From NCBI RefSeq assembly GCF_036321535.1, contig NC_087437.1:76138001-76202000 (forward strand): 64,000 bases of DNA, read 5' to 3'. Position 1 is the first letter of the stretch. Each line of letters begins with the position of its first letter. The notes below the pieces were generated by a model, which saw only the letters and a program-made list of their open reading frames with translations, ran no database searches and was not told the origin of the DNA. A program made the position numbers and the translations under genes. Shown piece after piece: positions 1-12,619 of this stretch. Source of the DNA: Camelus dromedarius. Lineage: Eukaryota.

Positions 1-154
1 TTTAACTTTTTTTATAATTAAGAAAATCAGATTTTGTCACCTTTCAAGTTGAAAAGGAAATTCACTGTAGATGCCCTATTTAAATGGGAGAATAATCATC
101 CATAGAAGTGCGTTTTTCTATACTGGTTTTTCTTAAGCAGAAATTATAGACATA

Positions 155-385
155 GATGTTTTTGCCTGCCTTTTATACGTGTATCTCCCATTTTCTGGTA
201 AAAGCACTTTGATTCTTAGGAAAATACTCCTCCTTGCTCACAGTCCATGTATCTTAAGTGGAACTGACCCAACTCTACCCAAGCTTCAGGAATAGAAGTA
301 TCTTCCAGGCTCGGCCAATCAGCTTATTCCATCTTCCTGGACACAGTGAATGGGTGAGAAATGGGTTTGAAACCTTAATCGGGGC
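155..385 (+). mobile_element. ERVL LTR fragment, LTR33-like
   Basis: ttttgcctgcc...tctggtaaaagcac...cagtccatgt...ctgacccaac...ggccaatcag...ccatcttcctggacacagtga follows the recalled LTR33 5' consensus. Confidence 0.55.
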
Positions 386-873
386 ACAGAATACAAAATA
401 AATAACAGGTATGTTAAGCTATAGTATTACTAGTGCCTGAAGTAAGAGGAGAAAAGTAGAAAGGCTGCAATAAGAAAAAGAACATAAAAGTACTGGCCCA
501 CACACATAACCTCCTGAAAAGAAATGAAAGGGAGTACTGATTTATTGTATGTTACTTCAAATCCTAATTTCAACAGATTTCCTGAAAATCTTTGGCACAT
601 CATGATATTTAATAAGTCAAGATGTTTAAATTTTCAATCTGTACTCCCATAACACCCATTTCTCTTTCAATTTATATTTCCTACAAGGAGAAGTCTCAGG
701 TTTCAACAAAAACACTAAAAAACTAAATAATGTTAATGTGACTTCTAAAACCAATTCTAAGGGCATTTCCAGTGTCTTGAAATTTATTATGTATGCCATT
801 ATACTTAGGCAGACAGTGGCACACAATTCATTCTCCATGTCTGAAATTGTATCTTTTCTTATATTTAGGAGAC

Positions 874-890
874 GGGGGGGGGGGGGGGGG
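874..890. repeat. G17 homopolymer
   Basis: 17 consecutive G. Confidence 0.95.
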
Positions 891-1257
891 ACATGGAAGA
901 GTTGGGAATACAGTGTTTGCTTTAGTGAGAATTACACACTTCTGGAAAAAAACAACTTTTGAAGAACTAAAATACAGTACAATATAATGATACTAAAGCT
1001 ATTCTGAATATAATTGTTTTATTGAGATAAAACTGAATCTAGTCAGCATCAAGAGTTTCATCTCATATCATGAATTTTGGAAAATCTTAGAGATATAGTC
1101 TAAGATACAGACTTGAATAGAAGTCTATGTATTTATAGTAAAATCTGCAACACAGTCCAACAAAGTAGCTAATGAGATAATTTTAATTAGCTAATTAGCT
1201 TCCCTTTATCTTATACTCCATTCCCATTCCTCTTCCTCCCTCCAAAACAATCATTGT

Positions 1258-3603
1258 ATTGACTATTTTCCTTCCAGTTTTATTGAGGTATAATTGCCAT
1301 ACAGTACTGTGTAAGTTTAAGGTGTAGAGCATGATGTTTGACTTATATACATCATGAAATGATTATTACAGTAAGTTTAAGAAGCATCCATCATCTCAGA
1401 GACATAAAATTAAAGGAATAGAAAAGAATTTCCCTTGTGATGAGAACTTCTTAGTATTTATTCTTTTAACTTTCATACACAGCATAGAACAGTGTTAACT
1501 ATATTTAGCATGTGGTACACTGTATCTCTAGTACTTATTTATACCTTTTGTACCTTTTGACTACTTTTATCCAATTCTCCCTCCCTCTCCTCTGGGACCA
1601 CAAATCTGATCTTGTTTTTTATGACTGAGTTTGTTTCCTTGTTTTGGAAGTATAACTGACCTACAACACTATGCTAGTTCCTGTTACACAACACAGTGAT
1701 TCAATATTTCTATACATTTCAAAATGATCACTATACTAAGTCACTGTATATCACCATACAAGGCTATTACAGTTACTGACTATATTTCCCATACTGTAAA
1801 TTCCATACCCATGACTCGCTTACTTTGCAACTGGAAGTTTGTACCTCTTAATCTTCCTCATCTATTTCTTTCCTCTACCCAACCTGGTCCCCTTTGGCAA
1901 CCACTTCTTTGTTCTCTAAACCTACAACTCTGTTTCTGTTTTGTTATGTTCATTCATTTGTTTTGGGTTTTAGATTCTACATATAAGTAAAATCATACAG
2001 CATTTGTCTTCCTCTGTTTGACATATTTCACTTGGCATAACACCCTCTAGGTCCATCCATGTTGTTGCAAACGTCAATATTTCATTCTTTTTTATGGCTA
2101 ATACTCTATTCAGCAACTCTATGTCTTCAGATTGGAGCACACAGTCCATTTTGTTTAAAATTAATTATTAATAGGAATGTACTTACTGCCATTTTACTCA
2201 TTGTTTTGGAGTTGTCTTTGTAGTTCTTTTTTGTTCCTTTCTTCTTTTGCTCTCTTCCTTTGTTATATGACTAACTTTAGTGTTATGTTTGGATTTTTAT
2301 TTGTATGTGTATCTAGTATAAACTTTTTTATTTGTGGTTACCATGAGATTTATACATAGCAATCTATATATATATGATTAAAGTTGCTGATTTCTTAAGG
2401 CTATATACATTTTTACTCTCCCCCACAATGTTTACTATTTTTGACCTCATGTTTTACAGTTTCTGTTTTTGCATGCCTTAACTAATTATTATATAGATGA
2501 TTTTACTCCTTTTGTCATTTAACCCCAGGTAGGCAAGGCTGGTTCCTGACATTGATGCCTGTGGGGTCCAGGGTGTCCCAAAGCTGATGTCAGCCCGCTG
2601 GTGCATGGGATAAGGGCTGGGGGAGGGTGGATCCAGGGCTGGTGCTGGACCACTGATGAGTGGGCTGGGTCCTGGGGTCTCTGGCTGCTGGGCCCCGGGG
2701 GTCTTGAAGCTGGTATCGGCCTGCTGGTACAGGGCTAAGGCCCAGGGGGTGCTGGGGCTAGTGCAGTCCCAGTGGTGAACAGGGCTTAGTCCTGGGGCAG
2801 CTGTGAGCTCAGGGGATCTTAAGGCTGCTGTGCTACTGGTGGGCGGGGCTGCGCTCCTGCTTGGCTAGTTCCTTGGCCTGAGGCATCCCAGCACAGGAGC
2901 CAATAGGCTTATTGGGGGAGGGGGGTGGGGTCCCAGCACTTACAAGTCAGAGGGAGGATTCTAAAATGGTGCTTCCCAGCCCCAGTGTCCTCGCTGTAAA
3001 ACAAGCTCCCCAAAATGGCTGCTGCCAGTGTCTTCGTCCCCAGGGCGAGTCCCAGTTGCCTCCTGCTTCTCCAGAAAGCTCTCCGTGATCAGCAAGTGGG
3101 TCTAACCCAGGCTCCTTTCAAATTCCTGCCTCTGCCCTGGGTCTCAGAGTATGTGAGATTTTGTGTGTGCCCTTTAAGAGTGGAGTCTCTGTTTCTCACA
3201 GCCTTCTGGGTCTGCCGAAAGTAAGAGTCGCTGGCCTGCAAAGCCAACTGTTCTAGGGGCTCGTCTTCCCAGTGCAGGTCCCAGCCTGGAGAGCCTGATT
3301 TAGGGCTCGGACCCTTCGCTCCTTGGAGAGAACCTGTGCCTGTGCAGTTGTAATTATCCTCCCATTTGCGGGTCGCCCCCCTCCTCCCCCAGGGGTATGG
3401 GTCTTGACTATACCATGTCTCAGCCCCTCCTACCTGTCTCATTGTGGTTCCTTCTTTATATCGTTAGTTGTAGAAGATCTTTTCTGTTAGTCTTCCCGAT
3501 CTTTCTCATCGACAGTTGCTCTGTAGACACTTGTAATTTTAGTGTGCCCCCGGGCGGAGGTAAGCTCACCGTCTTCCTACTCCGTCATCTTGGCCACTCC
3601 TCC
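1258..3603 (-). mobile_element. LINE-1 (L1MA-age) keeping 5'UTR and 3'UTR, with ORF1 and most of ORF2 deleted
   Basis: On -: 5' end GGAGGAGTGGCCAAGATGACGGAGTAGGAAGAC at 3603; GC-rich 5'UTR about 2525-3603; inter-ORF/ORF2-start piece about 2105-2525; L1 3' end about 1258-2100 with AATAAA. Degenerate TSD aaaacaatcattgt (1244-1257) / aaagcaatcatttt (3604-3617). Confidence 0.85.
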
Positions 3604-4559
3604 AAAGCAATCATTTTAATGTGCTTACTCAGTATTTTGAATATGTACTAATTTCACACAGAACTGAGAATAGTACATCAGATAAACAGAGGTGGGTGAA
3701 AGGACAGATGCTATTAGGAGGGAAATCTCTTGAATTTCCAATATTAGAACTTAAATAATACTTTTCTTCTATTTATTTTCTGAGCTATGTTATTTCCCTT
3801 AAAGCAAAACAAAATTGAAGGTTCAACTCTCTGCCCACCTCACCTTCACCACCACCTTAAACTTGGGTCACCTAACTCTTGGTAAAGAGGTTGGTGGGAA
3901 CTGGGACAGGAAGAGAGAAGGATTTGACAAAGTTAATGTAAATCTGACAAGACCAGAGATACTGTATGATATAACTTTCAGACTACAAAGCAGCTTCAAG
4001 GCATCAAAAATTCATTGTAAAGTTTCCCCAAAAAACATAGTTTCTGCCTCATGAATACTCAATTACTCAGCAAAGAGTCTCAACAAACATACAGAACTGT
4101 TTGCTTATCTGTGGCATAAAGATTTAAAATTAGAAGAAGTACTATAGAATTGGTCCTGAGCGAAGTTAAAGCTGAGGTTTGCTGCCCTCAAATTTTCTTC
4201 ACAAATCTCCTCTCCCCGAAAGATTCCTCACTCCACCACAGGTACCAGGAGGTTTCACTCTGTCATCCTCCACATCAAAACCTGCTTTTACATCAATGAC
4301 TGAGAATGTTGACAAAAATAACTAGAGTAAAGTTTGCATGGTAACAAGCACTATGTCCAAGTAAAAAAATCTCCAACTGTGGAGCAGTAAGAGTAGGTAA
4401 CATGAAAGCACACCCAGAGATTTATAAATAACCATCATCATCTTACCTTTATTTTTTCTATGTTTTATATCACTAAATTGCAACATCTATAGCCTAAACT
4501 GAGTAGCATCTATGGAATGAATAGAAGTCTGAAAGTGTCAAATAAGGGATGCCCACCTT

Positions 4560-5100
4560 AACAGAAAAGCATATAAAATGACATACTGCAATGAGTCATC
4601 AGAGTGAAGAACTCAAAAAGAAATGGGATTTGATAGAATTACACTGTCCAGCAAGAGGGAAAGAGACCCACTCTACCTGATGCTGTCTGTCTCTGTCAAG
4701 TGAGGACAGAAAAGAACTAAAGTGCCCCTAGGCTAGATCCCTGAGAGATTTTGACAGGGGCTAGCAAACCTTTTAGGGGCAAAATGGTAAAAGGAAATGA
4801 AAATGTTTCTTTGGAAAAGAAGAAGTGCTATTTTCATATCTTTTTGCATGTTTTAAGGAAGAGGTGTCACAGACATAATTTATATGGTGGTGTCAGAGTT
4901 TAAAACTGGAGTCAATTAACAGATGTTTCTAGGAGGCAGTTTTGGGTATTCAGTATGAGGAAATAGTTTCTGACCATCAGATCTGTCCCAAAATGAAGCA
5001 AATCTCTCTTGGATATTTATCCATCAACGGAGATATTCAAACAGAATTTTAGGGTTTACTGTATGAGTACTGAGGGCTGATCACTAAGCCTTATCGTCTA
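4560..5100 (+). mobile_element. L3/CR1 LINE 3' fragment (ancient)
   Basis: ggaggcagttttggg...atgaggaaatagtttctgaccatcagatctgtcccaaaatgaa...ccatcaacggagatattcaaacag resembles the L3 3' end. Confidence 0.55.
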
Positions 5101-5868
5101 AAATCCAAACATTTCAAGATTCTCCAGCTTTCTGAAATCAAAGCAAATAAAAGCTGGAAGCCACGAGACTTGGAATCCATCATATTCAGCAGTCATGGTG
5201 CCCAGCAGCCACAGATCTATGTCCTTAATCCAAATGCCAAACTTGTTAGTGCAGTAATATATCAAAAGAAAGTTTAGGCTATTTGTGCTTTAAATCCCAA
5301 TGAATGTTAGTTTAAGGAACTGGGAATTGATCAGATGCTAGTTTCTAATTAAAAGTCAGTCTATACAGATCTTGTCATATAATCCTAAGATTTAATATTA
5401 ATACAATTCAATTATCACCTACTAAGCTTATGCTCAAATTGTTACACTGAAACTGGTTTAATATAATAAATTCATAATAAATATGAAGTACTATTATTTT
5501 CATAAAATTGTTCTTTGGAATCCAAGAGACTTTCAACACATTCAAATCTATAAAAAAATCATTACAGTAATTGATATAACATTTTTTAAATTTTATATAT
5601 AAAGAAGACACAGCCACCAACAGTAGTTATACTCATCAACTTCACAAATATGGAAAAAATGTCCAGAGTAAAATTTAGGAGATGGGTAAGTCATTTAACC
5701 ACATGTCTTCTATACGTATTATTTTTATCATTATTTTATGAACATCTTTAAAGACCAGGCTACTAGTTGTAAGAGAGCAGAGATTTGTCAGATACATTTG
5801 GCTAGGGATTTTATTTTCTAATGTGCATCTTTCAGACTTAGGTCCACGTTCTTATTTCAGTATCTTAC

Positions 5869-5922
5869 AAAATTTGCCTTTCAGCATATTTTTAGCTGAA
5901 CTTGCAGGGTGGAGAATACACC
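5869..5922 (-). other. Candidate 54-nt cassette exon of an unidentified - strand gene
   Basis: On -: branch-like ttaac, pyrimidine tract ttcttcaattccAG, 54 nt, then GTAAGA. One frame is open (CILHPASSAKNMLKGKF); peptide not recognised. Confidence 0.2.
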
Positions 5923-8117
5923 CTGGAATTGAAGAACATGAGGTTAATACCTTGGTAGGATTAATATACCTTATAGTTGACTTCCTGAGGGATCATGCCA
6001 CTGTTCTCCTGCCAGAGGACATTCCCTTTCAGTTAAAATTCCACTGTACAGATAAGTACTTTGATACCTGCCCAGTGAGTTCTTTTTGTAATTGTACATT
6101 TTTATCGTGCGAACCCTTCTCTAGAGGTTACCAAGCATCTGACTTAAAAGCAAGAAACAAAATCCTACAACCCTAACTTTAGAAATCATATTTCCGCAAT
6201 AAAAATGAATTTTAAATAAATTACAAGTAGATACACGTAGACACTTCCAAAAACTGAAAAGCACTAATAAACAAGTAGAAACAAGCATTTCTAAGACACC
6301 ATGGAAGGTTCCCAACAGGATCTGTAATTGGGACATGCTAGCCAGCTCTTCATTGCCCATGCTTACGGAAGGCAACTAGATTCAGTATTCTGAAAACCAT
6401 TTCCAATTCACTTTGGAATACTCTCTTCCCATAAATTAATTTCCTTAAAGTGATAAAATATATGCAAAAATAATCTGAATAAAGTTTTAAATATATAAAA
6501 CCTTAAATAACTACTACTGCTATTTCTTGTAGTTAAAAGTAAAATCGATTTTACATTTCTTAAGTACAGGTCAGAAAGGTAGCAACTGGAGAGAAGTTAA
6601 AAGAGTCTTTGGTAGCTAAAGAAAACTGACCTGAATGAAATGTCACCAGGTTGCTATGGATAATCCACAAATAGCAAGAAGAATGCATGCACTGGTAATA
6701 TTTATATGCAAGAGATCTCCTACTAAAAAAGACAATGTCTTTAAAAACAAAACAGAACCCCCAAACTTGTCTTTAATTATTAGCTTTTCCTTTTCCTTTT
6801 AAGCCAATTCCAAGCAAAAAGAATGATTCTAGACCAAATAGGCAAGAATACAACTATACTAACATATCAAACACAATGCTTAATTAAAATCTTCTATATA
6901 CTCTAATCCAGGAGGCTTATTTAAAACTTTGACCTTTTTCCTAACACTTTACTTTCTCCTACTGCACAGATATTCTTTGAAGATTTTCTTCTTCCTTTTA
7001 ACCTAAATATCTTCACTGTTTCCATCCAAGTTTACTATCATCACTGCATGCCGGGGGCACTTGATGAGGCAGATATGATTAGGCAACAGTAAGATGTGTT
7101 GAGTGAACTGGGGGATGAGCCCAGAAAGAGCCCAAGGGCTTTCAGGCCAGGGCAGAGTGACAAGGTAGTATTACCCTACTGTCATGGAAAAGAGGAGTGT
7201 CCTGGTAGTTAGGATGAGGAGGGAGCAAAACTGTTTGCTCAAGTTGGCAGAGATCCAGTTTGTGATGGAATGTTACCATGGAATGAACTAGATAAAAGTT
7301 GAGCAGACAGCAGGATCTGTGAGTCATCCCAACACACACAGGTTAAATTCATGGATGAGAGGTGTCATCCAGGGTCCTCAGCTAAGAAGAATGGGGAGAC
7401 CAGAAGCCCCAGGACTGAAATCTTAGGGAATCTTTACAGCGTGCCTTTCGACAGTTCCTTCATCATTGTGAGAAGAGTTAGGAAAGACGCATGAGGGATG
7501 ATCACGCCAGCCCACGACTGACACTGTTGAGTTCTTTTAAAAGTCAGTGTGACCTGCTGTCGCGGAGCCTGCTGATCCTGAAGTTCCCTCTCCCTACAGC
7601 CTGCCTGGAGCATATACTGTTCTTCCACGACTTTTCCTATTTATAATCCCACATGTTGCAAAAGATCTCTATACACCTAAGCATAGAATTATGTTTCCTT
7701 GGCCAGACCTTGTGCCATTTTCTGTTAGAACTGGTTTAAAAGTGAAAAGATAAGCTGACTGCTTGAGTGGGTAACAGAAATAACAAACTTATCAGGACAG
7801 AGCAAATCCTATTCGAAAATCTAGAATCACTTTCCCCAGTTCTCACCCCAGAAATTTCAGTGGTTCAATTCAAAATAATTTAGGCAATGTTAGCAACCAA
7901 AATAATACCAAGTTTGGTTTTTCCTTAGGGGGTGAGTTGGGGGTGAGGAGAAAACATATTCAAATATAAATAGTAGCTATATTTACTCAGAGACATTTGT
8001 TTAACTAACCAGAACTTGGAGGGGCCACAGTTTCCACAATGCAGCTTCCTTTTGAATCAATCACTCAATGTAGACCACAAAACACAATCACATGAGACGC
8101 TTTTAAAAATGCAGATG

Positions 8118-9443
8118 ACGAGAGAGAAGCAAGATGGCAGAGTAGAAGAACGCTTGCAGCTCACCCTCTCCCACAAATACACCAAAACTCACACCTACGG
8201 ACCTACTCAGACAACCAGAGTACCTGCCGAACTCCGACAGGACATCGCCCTCTTCGAAAGACAAAGACGCCAAAAATCTGGTAGGAGAAAAGGAAAAAAG
8301 AAAGAAGAAAAACCAAACAGTGCGGGACCCATCCCGTGGGGAGGGAGCGGCAAAGGAGGACTGGCGCTTGTTCGCTGGGCCCCTCACCTCCAACAGAGAG
8401 GCCAGCGGGATGGAGGGGGGGCCTCCGAGGCTCAGATCTGCCCTGAGCACCCCTTGACCGACAGAACTGAGTTAAATGGGCACAAAGGGTCTCCGCGACA
8501 CCCAGCCCAAGACACGAGCCGAGCCGGCAGCTGGGACCGGGACAGGCCGCCCGAGCCAGGCAGAGGACTGGGGCAGCTGCACTGAGGCAGCCCCGGGGAC
8601 TGCAGGGGGCTGCTCGCTGTGGCTGGGAGGGTATATGGAGCAGAACAACCTCAGGCCCCCATAAATTGCGAAAAAAGCAAAGTGGCACGGCTTGTGTGCC
8701 TTGGGGGGAGGGGCGCCATAGCCTTTGTCTCCTCGGACCTGCACTGCCATTACTGGCACTTCTCAGCGAGAAGAGTCAGGGCTCAGCCACAGCCACCATC
8801 TCCTCCTGTGCGCAGGGCCTGGGTGCGGGCGGGGCCAAGACCTGAAACTGCACCCAGGGGCTCTGCAACCTCCTAGGTAGGACTGAGACTTGTTTACAGC
8901 CTGAGGCAGATAGGATCTTTCTGCCCTGGCACCTCAGAGAACTCATGCCACCAAGACAAACAAGGAGCTGAGATTTGGCACGGAGCAGGGGCAGGGCCGT
9001 TCCATGGTCTTCCCCAAGACCACCTTCGGAACAGCGACCCGAGGTGGAGCGGGCAGCAGCACAGAGCAGCGGAGCAACCGGCACTGGGAGAGGGCGGGCA
9101 GCCACCCCGCTTCCTGGTAGGAGCGCTGCACCTGACCACAGTGCTGAGAGGGGGCGCAATCCGCCCACCTGCCTCCCCCAGAGCGCAGCATCTGATTGCG
9201 GCATCAGGAGGGGGAGTGAGAGCTCAGCTCCTGACCCAGTGTTAGGAGGGGGCGCGATCTGCTAACCAACAGCCACTGGGAGCAGCATAGACGAGGGCGC
9301 CCACAGAGGGCCTCTGGAAACGGCAAGCTGAGTTTGCAAAACAGGACGAAGACACAAAGACCTCTCGATAAAATCATTAAGAGTACACCATCTCCAGGAG
9401 AACTAGATAACTGATACTCCTTAAGCCACAGTGCCAGAGAGAT
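8118..9443 (+). promoter_or_regulatory. L1 5'UTR internal Pol II promoter / CpG-rich island
   Basis: GC- and CpG-rich relative to flanks; YY1-type motif CAAGATGGC at 8130-8138; ends at the ORF1 ATG. Confidence 0.75.
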
Positions 9444-10328
9444 ATGAGCAATATGAAGAAGCAGAGGAACCACTCCCACGTAAAAGATCAAGAGAAATCT
9501 CCTGAAAGCATGAGCAAGGAAATAGACATTGATGGCCTACTAGATCAAGATTTCAAAAAAGGACTGATCAAAGTACTGAAGGAACTAAAAGAAATAGTGT
9601 TTAGAGATATAAAATATGTCAAAAATGAAATAGAAGCTATAAAGAAGAGCGAAATAGAATTAGTAAACTCACTTGCTGAGATGAGAGCTGACCTAAAGGC
9701 TGTGCAAAGCAGGCTAGATAATGCAGAGGAACGAATAAGTGACCTAGAAGACCGGAGAACAGAAAGCACGCAATCAGAACAGCTGAGAGAAAAGCAAATA
9801 AAAAACAATGAAAACAATATAAGGGACCTGTGGGATAATATAAAGCGTGCCAATCTATGCATTATAGGGGTTCCAGAAGGGGAAGAAGAACAAAGGGGAC
9901 TGGAAAGGTATTTGAAGAAATCATGACTGAAAACTTCCCAAACCTAAAGAAGGAATCAGATATCCAAGTACAGGAGGATCAGAGGGTCCCAAACAGACCC
10001 ACACCAAGACACATCATAATCAAGATGGCCAGAGTCAAGGAGAAAGAAATGATCCTAAAGGCAGCAAGAGAAAAGCAAAGAGTGAGTTACAAGGGAACCC
10101 CTATAAGGCTCTCAGTTGATTTTTCTACACAAACACTACAGGCCAGAAGGGAGTGGCAAGATATATTCAAAGTCCTGAATGAAAAAATGATGCAGCCTAA
10201 GATACTCTATCCAGCAAGGCTATCCTTTAGAATAGAAGGAGAGATAAAGAACTTCACAGACAAGCAAAAACTAAGAGTTTAGCAACACTAAACCCATGCT
10301 AAAAGAAATATTGACAGGTCTACTCTAA
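9444..10328 (+). pseudogene. L1 ORF1p, frameshifted
   Basis: Track ORFs 9444-9926 (coiled coil, LWDNIKRANLCIIGVPEGEE) and 9857-10282 (ENFPNL, PRHIIIKM, ILKAAREK, LQARREW, YPARLSF) are L1 ORF1p motifs. Frameshifts near 9890 and 10272; likely original stop TAA at 10326-10328. Confidence 0.92.
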
Positions 10329-10471
10329 ATAGAAAAGAAGTAGGATGCTACAAAAATAAGAAACTCATAACTGGAAAGGAGATAACTGCCATGAATTACA
10401 AAAAGAATAAACACAAAACTGTAAAAGAAGACACCTAAATCATTAAGAGTGGGAGAGGGAAGCAAGGAAAG

Positions 10472-10840
10472 CCACTGTGGAAAACAGTATGGAGATTCCT
10501 CAAAAGACTAGGAATAGACTTACCATATGACCCAGGAATCCCACTCCTGCGCATATAACCAGAAGGAACCCTACTTCAAAATGACACCTGCACCCCAATG
10601 TTCGTAGCAGCACTATTTACAATAGCCAAGACATGGAAGCAGCCTAGATGTCCATCAACAGATGACTGGATAAAGAAGATGTGGTATATTTATACAATGG
10701 AATACTATTCAGCCACAAAAACCGACAACATAACGCTATTTGCAGCAACATGAATGTTCCTGGAGAATGTCATTCTAAGTGAAGTGAGGCAGAAAGAGAA
10801 AGAAAAATACCATATGAGGTCGCTTATATGAGGAATCTAA
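10472..10840 (+). pseudogene. L1 ORF2p extreme C-terminal remnant
   Basis: Translates as PLWKTVWRFLKRLGIDLPYDPGIPLL...CTPMFVAALFTIAKTWKQPRCPSTDDWIKKMWYIYTMEYYSA..., with three premature stops; no endonuclease or RT domain precedes it. Confidence 0.9.
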
Positions 10841-12395
10841 AACAAACAAACAAACAAAACATAAATAAAAGACAGGAACACACTCATAGACATAGAATAC
10901 AAACTTGTGGTTGCCAAGGGGTAAGGGGTGGGAAGGGACAGACTGGGGATTTTAAAATGCAGAATAGATAAACAAGATTATACTGTATAGCACAGGGAAA
11001 TATATACAAGATCTTGTGGTAGCTCATAGCAAAAAAGAAATGTGACAATGAATATATACGTGTTCATGTATGACTGAAAAACTGTGCTCTACACTAGAAT
11101 TTGACACAACATTGTAAAATAACTATTACTCAATAAAAAAATGTAAAAAAAAAAATGCAGATGCTTAGGCACTTCCTACCCTGAAATCACTTAAACGCGA
11201 ATACTCTGTGAGAATGCCTATGATGGGTTTAAAAAAAAAAAATCATTCCATACAGTGCCTCAACATCATGTGCAGAATTAGTGAGGAATATTAGGGACTA
11301 CCACCTTGCATGATTTTTTGGTATCTTTGTCCCTATATTAATAGTTAGTAAACTATTTTCAACATAAATTTATTATGTTGAAACAAGGAAGGATTTACTC
11401 ATAGACCCTGGAAAATTTTCAAAGGAAAAGGTACAGAAGTTGTTTGCTTTTCACTCTGTTTGGTTTTGGTTTGTTTCCTCCTCATTAGCAATTAATTTGC
11501 CTTACAGCTTCCTTTATGAAGAGGAGGTGCTAAGGGACAAAGATACCAAATAACTGGGTAATTTAACTACTCAGATCACCCAAAACACACAGACTCAGCT
11601 CTGCAAGCTCAGTACAAAGAGACCCACTTCTTTTCAGGGGAAAAAATGCTTAACTACCCTAGAAATTGCAGGCTTCCCTGAGTTCAGATCAAACATTTAA
11701 AAAGTAAACACTTCACAATTATAAAGAAATCAAAACATTTCTTTCAAGTAGGAGAGATCATGGAAGTAAAAATGCTGTTTCTGAGAAACGCAGTAGTTTC
11801 CTACCTAGAATTTTTCTAGACAAAAAGATTCTTCCTTCAGGTACTGATACCTGCTATATGAGTTTCCAAATTCTCAATTTTTTAAGTTCCCATTTTACTT
11901 TAATACTGGAAAATAAACCCTGAAGCTCAGTTTTCAGTGTATAACAATGTAAACTACACATCTGGATCAAAGAAATGCTAATATTAAACATAAAAAGACT
12001 TCTTAAAATCAGTGATTGCCAATGATTTGATGCAACATCTACTTTTGGGTTTGGTTCCATTTCGAAATGTCTCCTACTAATGTTTTGTGAATTTTATTAA
12101 TTCTATCATAGCATTCACTGAGATAACTGAGTTCCTTAAACTAAATGGAAATCATCTCAATGAACCCTAAAATAAGTTTCCTCATATAAAATCAATATAC
12201 AGGAGAGGGATGAGAAAAAAATTATTTAATCTGTCTCAACCTCTTTGTTTATGAGGGGCTTTCATGTGACTAGTCTTATATTTTGACATCAGAGTTGGGA
12301 AATATTTTATTTATGAAGAAATTGTGTAATGTTTTACTTTCATTCCAAAATAAGGAAAAGGAGAAAGCAAGCACCTGTTAAATACACTTTATTTG

Positions 12396-12421
<26 letters not shown>
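12396..12421. repeat. (CA)13 microsatellite
   Basis: Direct reading. Confidence 0.95.
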
Positions 12422-12428
<7 letters not shown>

Positions 12429-12619
12429 TTTATAACTAGCAAGTATTTAATTTAATCTTTACTAAAAAATATGGAGCCCTTTAAATCTTTCTGCACTGTT
12501 TAAAATTATTGCAGTGAGCATTTTTATCTTTAGTGTAATTTTTTAAAATATGGAGCCCTCCAGTGGCCAAATATTTACGTTACCATTTAAAGAAAAACAT
12601 TAAATAAGAGAGTTCATGC

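Larger units (their letters stand above)
8118..11150 (+). mobile_element. Young LINE-1, 3.0 kb, intact ends but lacking nearly all of ORF2
   Basis: Perfect 13-bp TSD aaaaatgcagatg (8105-8117, 11151-11163) at a tttt/aaaa site; CpG-rich 5'UTR, ORF1, ORF2 C-terminal remnant, 3'UTR, AATAAA at 11132 and A tail. Confidence 0.95.

Noticed and set aside
874..890. G17 as a functional G-quadruplex
   Set aside because: Isolated homopolymer whose length is error-prone in sequencing; nothing else supports function
626..987. Short ORFs including hydrophobic and poly-Gly stretches
   Set aside because: Poly-Gly comes from the G17 run; no recognisable homology or splice context
3015..3651. ORFs of 69-117 aa
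   Set aside because: Inside the 5'UTR of the minus-strand L1
7050..7430. Purine-rich, possibly LTR-derived segment (similar uncertainty at about 34510-34790 and 45420-45790)
   Set aside because: Could not assign a family or boundaries from the sequence alone
8016..9491. Cluster of long overlapping ORFs (up to 189 aa) on both strands
   Set aside because: All lie in the GC-rich L1 5'UTR, where stop codons are rare; no recognisable domains
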